A stretch of 63,917 nt of DNA, the filler included, from Trichomonas gallinae (Eukaryota): the NCBI GenBank assembly GCA_008369845.1. It is 5 parts of 5 records of this genome, joined end to end, with 100 filler letters (N's around TTAATTAATTAA, not from the genome) between each part and the next. Parts side by side here need not be neighbours in the genome. Positions count along the whole stretch, not along the records: positions 11,545 to 36,382 come from MRSU01001505.1; positions 36,483 to 51,770 come from MRSU01001507.1; 3 more parts are not named here. One strand, 5' to 3'. Under the pieces are notes generated by a model. That model saw only the letters and a program-made list of their open reading frames with translations. It was not told the DNA's origin and ran no database searches. Below are positions 31,898 to 42,654 of the stretch, piece after piece; position 1 is the first letter of the stretch; every line of letters starts with the position of its first letter. The position numbers and the translations under genes are program-made.

Positions 31898-32575
31898 AAT
31901 TTTTCTTCTTGAGGTTGATTCCAAAGAAGAAAAGCTGACTTATTCTAAAATAGCATGATGAATGATACAAACATGTAGTAAACATACCACATCCTGCCAG
32001 AAATGATGCTTATACCAAGATCTTCGAAATAACATAGTAATTTTCACATTTGATGCTTACAGATCAATTAGTTATTTCACACAGTCGACATCTGATTCAG
32101 AAAAAGCCGTTGAAAGCATTAATTAGATCGAAAATTATTCAGAATTATATCCATCAGCAGTCATGGTTTTATTTCCTGTATTTGCTGGATATTGGATGAA
32201 CACAGAAGCAGATTTACTGCTGCCAGACATTTTTTTGAATCTGAAAAATTCGAAAAAAGCGTTTTTTTGGATTATAAATGTGCTGCGAATTCTTCTTAGT
32301 GCCATTATTAATGATTTAAATTGCAAATAAGTCTTATATATAAACTATAGCTTGATTTAACAAATCTTTGTAAAATATTGTGTAAATTTCATTTTTCTAA
32401 TTAATGTTATATATAGATAGGAGTTATGATTCATAATACAATGAAGTTAAGCAAGATTCAACATTATGAATGAAAATCAAAAGAAACAAAGAATCAAGGC
32501 AAATGAAGTAGTACAATATCATATTCATATAACTTACAATGAATTTGCATGTATGAATAGCAATAGAATTATGCT
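31898..32575 (+). pseudogene. Dispersed repeat or decayed coding sequence, copy 1
   Basis: About 680 nt colinear with 56422-57115. The plus-strand frame is interrupted by stops. Confidence 0.75.
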
Positions 32576-33190
32576 CAATATAGTAAGTATAATCTACGTT
32601 TATTTTATTTTTACAATAAATGTGCATTTTTGACAATTCGCATAACCTTAATATGTAAAGTGTCAAAATGGCAAATGTCTAAACGATTTTGACAAAACTC
32701 TTGTTTAGAAAAGAAATTGAGTTCAGAAATTTCGCGTATACTATAGTATTCCACTAGATCATATTAGTTTGTATGTGATAATGAATTCATCCAACCTTTG
32801 CGATTAAAAGATTTCATCCGACCATCATTAATATCTTAAGATAACAAAATAAACATGATATTTAGAGTGTTTACACCACGAATTCGATCACAATAACATC
32901 ATTTACGATTGACAATTCACGCAATTGTTCAAGTTAATTTTCAATTTCGACGTAATTATATTCATTGGCTTAAAAAATAACAGGTAATCAACGTAAAAAT
33001 AAATAAAAATAAGTTTTCAGAAATAAGAAAAAAAATTGAATGAAAATTTTTCAAAATTCCGATCAATATCTATAAAAACAGAAAATAGGTGATTTCGATT
33101 TAGTTTAAAATTAACCTTATTTAAGTTTGAGAACTATCGCTCGGTCAGATGAACAAAATTTACAACCACTGAAAAAAATCACTATAAATA

Positions 33191-33664
33191 ATGCTGAGTA
33201 TAATTATAATACCATGCTTGCTTATAGCGACAATTGCTCAAGCCTGGGCATATAAGGACCCTGTTTCCTTCAGTGAACAATTCACACAGCAGCAACTTAT
33301 CGCTTGCGTTTGCACTTGCTATCTGATTTCGTTGACATTATTCATTCTTATCGGATCTAAGAAGGGAATTAACAACCACGGATTCGTTGTTGCCATTCCT
33401 CTTCTTTTGGTTGGCTCGTTCTTGCTGTTTTACTCAACAAAGAAGATTGGAATTGATAGAACATTCTTTGGCGAACAACTCGGTACTTTAGAAGGAACAG
33501 AACATGAAACATCCTTCCCATTCAGCCTTAATCATTGCATGTATAAGGGTGAACTCTTGATTGTTTTCGGATTTTGGTCTCTCTTCTATGCTTCAAAGGA
33601 ATTAACAGGTGTTACAGGAACATGGATCTGCTTACTCATGATCCAGATGTACATTGAATCATAA
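33191..33664 (+). CDS. Phospholipid N-methyltransferase (PEMT/PLMT)-like membrane protein
   Basis: Hydrophobic 157 aa. IGIDRTFFGEQLG...TSFPFS.NH.MY.G resembles the PEMT family motif. Confidence 0.75.
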   Translation: MLSIIIIPCLLIATIAQAWAYKDPVSFSEQFTQQQLIACVCTCYLISLTLFILIGSKKGINNHGFVVAIPLLLVGSFLLFYSTKKIGIDRTFFGEQLGTLEGTEHETSFPFSLNHCMYKGELLIVFGFWSLFYASKELTGVTGTWICLLMIQMYIES

Positions 33665-33951
33665 GTCAAATTTTCCAATTTTGAATCAATTTATTATTTA
33701 ATAAAGAAGCTTTTGTGAGAGTATAAACTTATTTAACTTTATATATAATACATATTTGTATCCATGTTATGATTCTATTCACTATATTTTGTTTTGATAT
33801 AAAATTAATATGATGTTATTGATGAAAAACACCTAATAACGCGAGTAATGGTTATGAATAATTGATCTCTAAAACAACAAAACTTGATCTCTTATTCTGA
33901 TTTTAATCATAAGTGATCGTGATTGTCACTTTTTAGAAATGTGACAGTATA

Positions 33952-34227
33952 ATGTCAGAAGAGAAGCTTCCTTCAACTATTATCAAAAAGTCAGATATGA
34001 AGAAGATCCTTAAAGCTAACGATGAAATTGGAAAGCTTTGCAATGGGTTTGATGCTTTAATGGCCATTGTTGTTGAACAATTCGCAAAAGATTTGATTGA
34101 AGCATCTCTAAACGACGACAAGACATCAATTGAACTAGAAAAATTAATCAATGCTATCAATACTGAAAAGAAATACGACTTCCTTCAACAACTTATACCA
34201 AACTTCCCACAACCAAAAGGAAAGTAA
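33952..34227 (+). CDS. Histone-fold protein, NC2-alpha/NF-YC-like
   Basis: MKKILKANDEIGKL...VEQFAKDL...INAI....KYDFL..LIP. Confidence 0.8.
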   Translation: MSEEKLPSTIIKKSDMKKILKANDEIGKLCNGFDALMAIVVEQFAKDLIEASLNDDKTSIELEKLINAINTEKKYDFLQQLIPNFPQPKGK

Positions 34228-34625
34228 CGAATACCAATTTTAGATTTACCCCCATTTATCATTGTTAAATATGTTATATACTTAAATTTAAGCAAAATAA
34301 TTTTTTTTAATATAAACGATTTCACTGCTTTAAATAGGTATCCAAAATGCTCAGTTTATATCAATCTAAATAATGAATTGTTTAGATTTTTTTCTCGATT
34401 TGCAACATCTTCATTGAGATTCAAATAATGCTTAAAGTAAATGGTTATTACCGTTGTTACACCATCAGTATTGTGCATATGCAAACTCAAATTCTCAAAA
34501 GAAAGTTAAGACATTTCAAAATCAAAAATCATGTTTCGTTGCCTTATGTATCAATCAATGCTTGGTAGGCAAAATAACTTTGCTAATAAATATCAATATA
34601 ACACGCATTAAATTTTTTTTAAACA

Positions 34626-35849
34626 TTAAAAATTTTTTTCGGCCTCCTCAAGAATGCTGAGGATTGTTAAATCTCTCGTAAATTGTTTGGCACGCAAGCC
34701 ACCAGTGTTTTGCACAGTAGGATTAACACCCTTAGCGAGAATATATTTAATAACAGGAACACATCCATATGAAACAGCGTGATGAAGTAATGTGTTATTT
34801 TCAGAATCAAGGGCAGAAAAGTCAGCACCGAATTCCGCGAAAAACAGGATTGCACGAATATTGTTGCATTTGACAGCTTGGAATAAACACTGCTGCTTCA
34901 TTGTATCAGATAATGGCATTAATGACAAAAGCCAATCAAAAATATGATTCTGGAAAAATTCGATAGCTGTCAAAAATGAAGTATCATATTTTTGAATCAA
35001 ATCCGAAAGAATTCTTGTTATTTCCAAATTTCCACCAGCGATAGCATATCTTGATGCGTTGCTGTTCTTTGCCTTCTGGCCATACAGCATCTTAAATATC
35101 TGGACAGAGCCGAAAAACGCTGCATAATCAGTGAAATATGTTCCTTCGACAATTTGACACGGCTCGAATTTATTTGGTGTTATTGTATCATCACATGAAA
35201 AATGCGGCTGGACCGTAAACTCAACGAATCTCTCTAGTTCATCGTATTTCAATATGTAGTTTATCGAGCTTTCTTCACATCCGTATTCATTGATTTTCTC
35301 CAATCTTTTATCGCGGATGTATGTTTCGAGGTGTGGCAATACGTAGTGCAGTCCTGGGCATGAGTTTTGTGCACCAATGAGCATAAGGAATTCGAAGCTT
35401 AGCTGTGGATCGGCTTGCCCAATTTCTTTGGCGAATGTCGCAAAAAGTAAAAATCTTTCATCACGTGCGTATGGATTGTATTTCGTTATCAACTCTTTGA
35501 CATCGTTGATGTTGAAAATTCCTTGGTCGAAACAGTGTCTGAAAAAGTTGAAATTTTTCGTTGTTGTATGTCTTGTGAGAAGAATTTGCTTGAATTTAGC
35601 AATATTCGATGAAATTTTCTTTGAAAATTGAGCTAATGGCTTGGAAATTTTGGGTCGAATTACTGATATTCTTAATATCTCTTTAATAAGAAATTCGAGT
35701 CCTTCAGTTGTAGAACAAAGTGACAATTCGATAATATCTTTTGCAGATGATTCGTAATTACTTGAATTAAGGTCCGAAATGATGTCTTGTATCTGTACAT
35801 ATCCAGATAAATCTTCTGGCGGATCGATATCAAATAAAGAAGATGCCAT
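34626..35849 (-). CDS. DUF3447/ankyrin-repeat protein
   Basis: YAAFFGSVQIFK, YAIAGGNLEI, AIEFFQNHIFDWL and ankyrin NTLLHHAV..G. Start MASSLFD. Confidence 0.92.
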   Translation of the reverse strand: MASSLFDIDPPEDLSGYVQIQDIISDLNSSNYESSAKDIIELSLCSTTEGLEFLIKEILRISVIRPKISKPLAQFSKKISSNIAKFKQILLTRHTTTKNFNFFRHCFDQGIFNINDVKELITKYNPYARDERFLLFATFAKEIGQADPQLSFEFLMLIGAQNSCPGLHYVLPHLETYIRDKRLEKINEYGCEESSINYILKYDELERFVEFTVQPHFSCDDTITPNKFEPCQIVEGTYFTDYAAFFGSVQIFKMLYGQKAKNSNASRYAIAGGNLEITRILSDLIQKYDTSFLTAIEFFQNHIFDWLLSLMPLSDTMKQQCLFQAVKCNNIRAILFFAEFGADFSALDSENNTLLHHAVSYGCVPVIKYILAKGVNPTVQNTGGLRAKQFTRDLTILSILEEAEKNF

Positions 35850-36185
35850 ATAAAAAATTGACAATTTTTATAGAGACCCTGAAATTCTTTGTCAAGCCCT
35901 TAATAATCTATCCAAATCTCATCGCAAAATATTTTGTCAAAAAATACGTTATTTAACAAAAAACCTCGAAAGAATTTTCATTAGGTCAAAGTTCCCATTT
36001 CAAGAGCTAGAGAATTCTCTATGGATCAAAACCATAATATAATAGTGTATTCATCACACATGTAACTTTTAGTCACAGAATCAAATTTTTTCCCAAAATT
36101 TATTAGAATTTCTAATTTAGAAATAAAACTAATATCGTATATACACTATATCGTCGGAGCTAAACCTTCTATTTTTCAATAATAC

Positions 36186-36230
36186 CTCGATATTCACGGG
36201 AAAATATAGAGCTCGATATTCACGGGAAAA
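36186..36230. repeat. Short direct repeat
   Basis: CTCGATATTCACGGGAAAA twice, 26 nt apart, near a contig end. Confidence 0.7.
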
Positions 36231-36382
36231 AATCCGCATATGGAATGTGTTTATGATGAAAATTACAAAAATATTTTTGATTATTAATTAATTTCTTAAA
36301 AATAAGCTGAAACTTACATATATTAATCAGATGGACATAAAAATGATACTTTATAACTTTGAGATCTCAAATCCTATCACAA

Positions 36383-36482
36383 NNNNNNNNNNNNNNNNNN
36401 NNNNNNNNNNNNNNNNNNNNNNNNNNTTAATTAATTAANNNNNNNNNNNNNNNNNNNNNNNNNNNNNNNNNNNNNNNNNNNN
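36383..36482. other. Artificial contig spacer
   Basis: N44-TTAATTAATTAA-N44. Confidence 0.98.
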
Positions 36483-37470
36483 CCTCAAGGAGGCCTTGTT
36501 CATCCCACCATTGTGTCTGATTGCAGTAGAGGCAACGACCGCCACATTCAGAAAGAACTTCACAAGTGTTGCATGGAGCACCAACCTTTTCGATGTGTGC
36601 TAGCTGGAATGGAGTGTCGATTTTCGTGATATCACCAAGGGACTTGTATTCTGTAGCAATTGGGCAGGCTGTGATATCACCTGATGTTGTGACGTTGAAT
36701 GATTCCCAGCCAGATGAGCAGCGAACTGTTTCATATTTTTCACCAGTTAGATATGACCACAAGATGCCTTGGAATGGGACAATACCAAGCTGACGGTTCT
36801 CCTTGAGTGCATCAACGTATGTGTCAATGAGCTTTGTAACACCTGGATTATATCTCTCATCACGCCATCTAAAGAAGTTCATTCCTGGTTCTTGTTCGTA
36901 CTCATGGTATGGTGGTGTATCCCATTCGACGTTCAATTGCCAGTGAACATGGTCGAAGAGAGGACGATCGCCATGCTGGAGTGTGAGGAGGTACATAACA
37001 TCCTCATAGATGTGTGATTGTGGGCCAACAGTCATACGAGCGATCATGTCGCCCTTGAAACCGCGGTCTCTAGCATCACGAGCGTTTGAGATTGATCTCT
37101 CCCAAGTACCCTTCCCGCGGTTTGTGTTTGTGCGGTGAGAATCACCATCAACTGAGACAAGAATTGTGTCAAGCATCAAAAGATTCTCTGTTGGAAGTCT
37201 GTGCATCAATGTGGCGTTTGTCTGGAGAATGAATTTTGCGTGAGGGAGAAGCTTCATGATCTCGAGGATTCTATCGACACGCAGGAGAGGCTCACCACCA
37301 TAGAAGCAGAGAGCGAGCTCTGGATCCTTCTTTAGCTTCTCGAGAGCCTTGATGTCGTAAACAATGTTTCTTGGTATGGCCATGATGTCTTCTATATCTT
37401 CATTCTCATCACTGCCGCAATACTTGCATGTCAAGTTGCATTCCTGTGTGAGAGTCACAAACCACAGCAT
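36483..37470 (-). CDS. Radical SAM/SPASM protein, AF0577 (TIGR04084)-like, truncated by gap
   Basis: CNLTCKYC (CX3CX2C), FYGGEPLL, LQTNA, ILVSVDG, IARMTV, HVHWQL, YNPG; SPASM C...GDITACP...CNTC.....CGGRC. Confidence 0.93.
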
Positions 37471-38580
37471 AATTAATAAATAAATACAAAGAATATTATT
37501 TTTTCAGAGGAAAATTATCGTAAAAATTGAATAATACCCAAATCATTTTTAAACTTTATGTGTGTTCTTGTCTACATCTGCCATTGAATATTTTGGGCAG
37601 TAAAATGAAAATTAATAACTTTATCAACTTCTTTCAATTTTTTGAGACGATTTTTTATCCTTTTCTTTTCCATTAGAAACAGTCTTATATAGTTGTTTTT
37701 TCTATTGCAAGCTCGACCAACATAAAAAGTGACTAAAACCTATTTGGCAAATAGATGCACAGATAATCATTGGTGTATAACACTGAGAAATGCATAATAG
37801 ACTTATTGTTAGAAGATAATGATTCGATTTCGTTTGTAGAAGTTTTCAACATTCGAAATTAAAGGTTACATTTTAAATGCAACTGTTTTGGCTGTATATT
37901 CAATAATATCTACATCATCTATGTTATTTCTAATCATTTTGATCGGTCAATCTTGTATTTGAAAGATCATGAAAATTCAGGTGTTGAATATTGACTAAAT
38001 TCTAAAGCATTCAGGTACCATTCTATCTATATCCTGATATCTTGTGGTTAAAACTTTAATAAAATGAGAAGAAAGCAATAATTTGGGCAAACTTAATTTG
38101 GTGATGGTAAATCAAAATTGACGATTTGGAAAATGAATTATATGGATACAATAATAATATCGCCTTATGACATATGTATTATATTGTTTATAATTTTTTA
38201 TGAGAGAATTTAATTTAAAGTTATGACATAGAAAATCGGATATTTGCATTATATTCATAATATATATTCGATTCCATTATTCGCTTAAATTATAAGATTT
38301 CTATAAATTGGTAAAAATGAAATTAAATCTTTTTTATATATTTTTTTTCTCAACCACATATTTTAAGCAACTTTGAAAACTTAAATTAATGATTTATTGA
38401 CTATATACACCTCAAAAAACATTAAAATTCAGAAAAAACATGTTGAATTTCGGTTATTCCTTAATTTTAAATCGATTTTCACGCACAATATCATATGTAC
38501 CACTAGGATAGATTCCTAAAATCGAATAATATCATAGTGGATTGGTTGGAAAATTTCCCTGTCATCATCGGTTTCCAAAA

Positions 38581-39888
38581 ATGCTTGTATTTCTTATTTC
38601 TGGTGTCGCTGCTGCACATTCATACGGCATAAGTGTCGACTGTGGCAGCACTGGAAGTAGGGTTTACATATATAGCTGGGATGGGGATGAAAAATGGCCT
38701 AAAGTTCGTCCTTGCTACGAATTTTCATCATATTCGGAGAAATTTCCAATAAAACTGGCAGATGCAGCTAAGAATGCGAGCATTATACCAGATCTAGTTT
38801 CAAATATTAAGAGATTCGCTAAAGATAGAATATCTTACGACGCAATCCGAGCCGCAAAGTTTACTTTATATGCAACCGCTGGTATGAGACTACTGCCACA
38901 GTCAGAACAAGACAGAATTATCGAAGATACAGCACGAGAGTTGCATAAAGTGACTGATTTTAGATTTGTTGATTCGAATGTAAGAGTTATTACCGGTGAA
39001 GATGAGGCTTATTTTGCTTGGCTTTCTGTAAACAGCTTACAAAGCAACTTTACAACACCATCTTCCGTAGGAATTACTGAATTAGGAGGAGCATCAATGC
39101 AAATAGCTCAAGAAACCGATACAAGAGATCATTCAGCGAAATACAGAACGTTCAAGTATAATGATTACAAGCACTACGTTTACGTGCACTCGTTTTTAGG
39201 TTTAGGAATTGTTGAATACTATAATACTATAGGCAAATTATTCGTAAAAGAACAAGAAACTGTTGAGTTCCCATGCTTGAACAAGGGATATTTAGTTTAC
39301 TTCGATGGACTTCCTGCTTTGGGTTCATCCAATTTTGAAAAATGCTTTGAAACCGTTAGGGAAAATCTACTTCCAACAATCAAGAAAGCATCCATACCGG
39401 CTCTTTCTTCAAAGATAAAGCAGTTTTATGGCCTGGGAAGTTTTTCAAATTATGCTACATTTGCAAATATTTCAGTTCAAGCTACTCAGGAACAAGCACT
39501 TGAAGGAGCTAAACGTGTTTGCACACTTACAAAAGAAGAAATGGATTTGATAGCCAAAGATGACCCATTTAAGCTTTATTATTGCTTGAATGGAATATTA
39601 CAATACCATTTGGTATACAATGGCTTCAAATTAGGTAACGAAGTTAGCTTTTTACGTACAGAAAATGTTAATGGAATCTCTTCGAGTTGGACTCTTGGTG
39701 CAACTCTTGATCAGATTTCACCGCCGGATTTCTATGGCTCCAACTATATCTGGATATTCGTTTTGGTTGCAATTATTGTTACAATCATATTAGTAATTGT
39801 TTTTGTTATATTTGTATTCTGTCGCAAGGGTGGCAAACACACAGAATCAGATATGCTTAATAGTACAGCCCTCTTAGGTGCTTACTGA
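38581..39888 (+). CDS. GDA1/CD39-family NTPDase (ecto-apyrase)
   Basis: All five apyrase conserved regions: DCGSTGSR, ATAGMRLL, GEDEAYFAWLSVN, ELGGASMQI, SWTLGA. Signal peptide from 38581 and a C-terminal TM helix. Confidence 0.96.
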   Translation: MLVFLISGVAAAHSYGISVDCGSTGSRVYIYSWDGDEKWPKVRPCYEFSSYSEKFPIKLADAAKNASIIPDLVSNIKRFAKDRISYDAIRAAKFTLYATAGMRLLPQSEQDRIIEDTARELHKVTDFRFVDSNVRVITGEDEAYFAWLSVNSLQSNFTTPSSVGITELGGASMQIAQETDTRDHSAKYRTFKYNDYKHYVYVHSFLGLGIVEYYNTIGKLFVKEQETVEFPCLNKGYLVYFDGLPALGSSNFEKCFETVRENLLPTIKKASIPALSSKIKQFYGLGSFSNYATFANISVQATQEQALEGAKRVCTLTKEEMDLIAKDDPFKLYYCLNGILQYHLVYNGFKLGNEVSFLRTENVNGISSSWTLGATLDQISPPDFYGSNYIWIFVLVAIIVTIILVIVFVIFVFCRKGGKHTESDMLNSTALLGAY

Positions 39889-40005
39889 TTTATTTTTTTT
39901 AATAAAGTGTTACTTTCTATAAATTAACTTACAAAATTGCTAACCTCATTGAGATAATTATAATAATGCAATGAGGGTTCAAAAAATTTACCAAGACTAT
40001 TTTTT

Positions 40006-40177
40006 TGACAAGTAAAATATTTTTTGTGAAAAATATGACAAATAAAATTACATTTTTGACAAATAAAATAATGTCTATGAGAAATATGTCAAGTAAAAAT
40101 ATTTTTGACAAGTAAAATAATATTTGTGAGATATATGTCATGTAAAATTCATTATTTGAGTCAAATTTGTCATGTAA
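40006..40177 (+). promoter_or_regulatory. Array of seven TG(A/T)CA(A/T)(G/A)TAA motifs upstream of macrodomain gene
   Basis: Copies start at 40006, 40036, 40057, 40087, 40106, 40136 and 40168. ATG is at 40198. Confidence 0.55.
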
Positions 40178-40197
40178 TTTTTTACTAAAAGTTTATT

Positions 40198-41100
40198 ATG
40201 GAGACAAAAGCTGAAATCCAGGCTGAAAACGAAGAACCAATTAAGGATGAACAAGTGAGTGAAGACTCATATGGTGAAGAAGAAGCATTCGTAGACGAAA
40301 TTTATGAAGAAGATTTGATTGATAAAAATAAACCATGGTCATTAAATATACCAGAATGCCCAGAAAAGGCAAAACAGTCGCTGATAAATCCAACAATCAT
40401 GACTCTTGAGAAATTACCAACATGGGCAAAAGAAGGTGCAGAAATATTCAAGGAAAAACAAATTAAAAAGTTCGAATCTCAATATGAGGCCAATACAGAA
40501 ATAAACGAGAAGATTTCTTTCTGGATGAGAGGAGATTCATCGAAATTAGAATGCGATGCAGTCGTAAACGCTGCAAATAGTTACTTAGCACCAGGTGGTG
40601 GCATCTGTGGAGTACTCCATGATGCCGCTGGTGATGAAATGGCAGATGAATGCCACAAAATTGGTTATACACCAACTGGAAAATGCGCAGTATCACTTGG
40701 CTACAATTTACCAGCCAAATACTGCATCCATACAGTTGGACCAATCGGAGAAAACGAAGAAAAGCTTAGAGAAGCGTATGAAACAACACTTTCATGCATC
40801 GATGGTGAAAAGATCAGATCAATTGGATTTTGCTGCATTTCTACTGGTATCTATGGATATCCAATAGAACATGCAACTCCTGTAGCTTTAGAAACAGTTA
40901 GAAAATTCTTGGAAATCCCAGAAAATCGTGAGAAGACAGATAGAATTGTTTTCGTTGTGTTCGAAAGACGAGATGTTGTTGTATATGATAATATGAGAAA
41001 TATCTACTTCCCTCTCGAAATCGAATACAAATTTGAAGAGGAAGAGGAAAATAAAGGAGAAGAAGAGGAGAAGAAAGAGCAACAAGAAACAAAAGAATGA
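40198..41100 (+). CDS. Macrodomain (MacroD-type ADP-ribose processing) protein
   Basis: GD....CDAVVNAAN..L..GGGI.G, GYNLPAKYCIHTVGP, FCCISTGIYGYP. Confidence 0.95.
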   Translation: METKAEIQAENEEPIKDEQVSEDSYGEEEAFVDEIYEEDLIDKNKPWSLNIPECPEKAKQSLINPTIMTLEKLPTWAKEGAEIFKEKQIKKFESQYEANTEINEKISFWMRGDSSKLECDAVVNAANSYLAPGGGICGVLHDAAGDEMADECHKIGYTPTGKCAVSLGYNLPAKYCIHTVGPIGENEEKLREAYETTLSCIDGEKIRSIGFCCISTGIYGYPIEHATPVALETVRKFLEIPENREKTDRIVFVVFERRDVVVYDNMRNIYFPLEIEYKFEEEEENKGEEEEKKEQQETKE

Positions 41101-42654
41101 GAAACATAAGAAAAATATGTTGAAATAGATCAATAATATTCATTAGAAATAGATCAATATATTATAGTGTTTATACATTTGATTTGGTAAATTTTCATGT
41201 TTTATAACATATGGTATCTTTTTTTACATATATATTTTCATTTCATTCCCAATTAATCATAACAAAAGACTAGCTATTGTAATCTGATATGTACATATTT
41301 GTCTTGTTATATATGGATAATTATTATAATTTTCAATATGAAATTGTGTTTTTTTTTTTGAAAATAAGCATTCTATTGTTTCTATTTCAGTAGAAAACAA
41401 GGTATGCATAATAAGTTTACATCAGATATGGAATAAAAACAGGATTGGAAGCAATAAAATTTCGCATCATGTTTAATTGAGGTTTTAAAGCGGAATAAGA
41501 GATTTTAATTGCATTCTGTAGCAGAATGCTTGTAAATATAGAAAAGTCAAATTGCTTTACCGCTTAACATATTGTTTTGAACTAATTTCATATCGTTTTA
41601 CAAATAGATTAGCCTATTATCAAGATGCATAGCTCCATTCTTAATTCCAGATCAAAAGACCGAACAGAACCCACAATTTGAATTTACATAAAAATTTATT
41701 TCATTGCGGAATCATTTGACTCGGTCATCAAATAGTGCATAAAAACGTAGTATCGTTTCACTTAAGCTTTTGCCTCAGCGAAAAAATCGCGAAATCTTGA
41801 CTTTCAAGAAAAAAAATTGATTTTTAAAACCTCTAAATACGAAATTTATTGTTTTTATGAACGCTTGATTACAAATATCAAAAACGAAAAACGCAGAAAG
41901 GCCACAAATTTTTTCTTTTTTGCCGCACAATTTCAAACGGAAGAATCAATTAAAGTTATTTTCGCATAGTTCCTATATTAATGAATTGTTCTAAGTCAAT
42001 AAAAGCCATTTTTTTTTAAAAAATTACGGGCGCGGTAGAGTGCAAATTATGGTTGAGTAAACATTTATTCGTTATATGAAATATTCAAGAATTTAAATAA
42101 TACTGAATATTGAATTAAAAATAATCGAAATAGCCAATTGAAAACTTTTTCTATAGAATCTTATCCAACAGACATATTATCTAAATAAAAAATCAATAGC
42201 AAATATCAAAAAATGCTTCTTGGCAAATTGAGACAAAATTTTTCGCATTTTTTGAAATTATTTATATCTATTATTCGATTTTATTAATTCATTTTTTTTA
42301 ATTTTTTAAGAATGTGCCTTGCAAAATCAAAAAACAACAATATATTACATATAGATCATACTTTTAAAGTTTTTCGGCCGCAAAATTGTTTCTTTTGTTT
42401 AGAAAAAGTTATGTATTTAAAAATGTATAATATAAAGAATTATGAAGGGAAAATAAATGCTTTAACGTACTCGGTCTTTTTTGAAAAAGTTGGTTTTTAA
42501 AAATTTCGCACTTTTTACGGGCGTATCAGCACTAAATTTTTAGACAAACATATAAATTTATGATTTTTAAACATTTTCGATTTAAATGTTATTGAAAATT
42601 GAGGTGAAAATAATCGTAAATTTTTTTTTAGGAATTCGGATATCTTATAATATA

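Noticed and set aside
32120..32130. Stop-codon reassignment suggested by shared in-frame TAG in the dispersed repeat
   Set aside because: Conserved genes terminate at TAA, TAG (CCT6) and TGA (EFHC1), and none contains internal stops.
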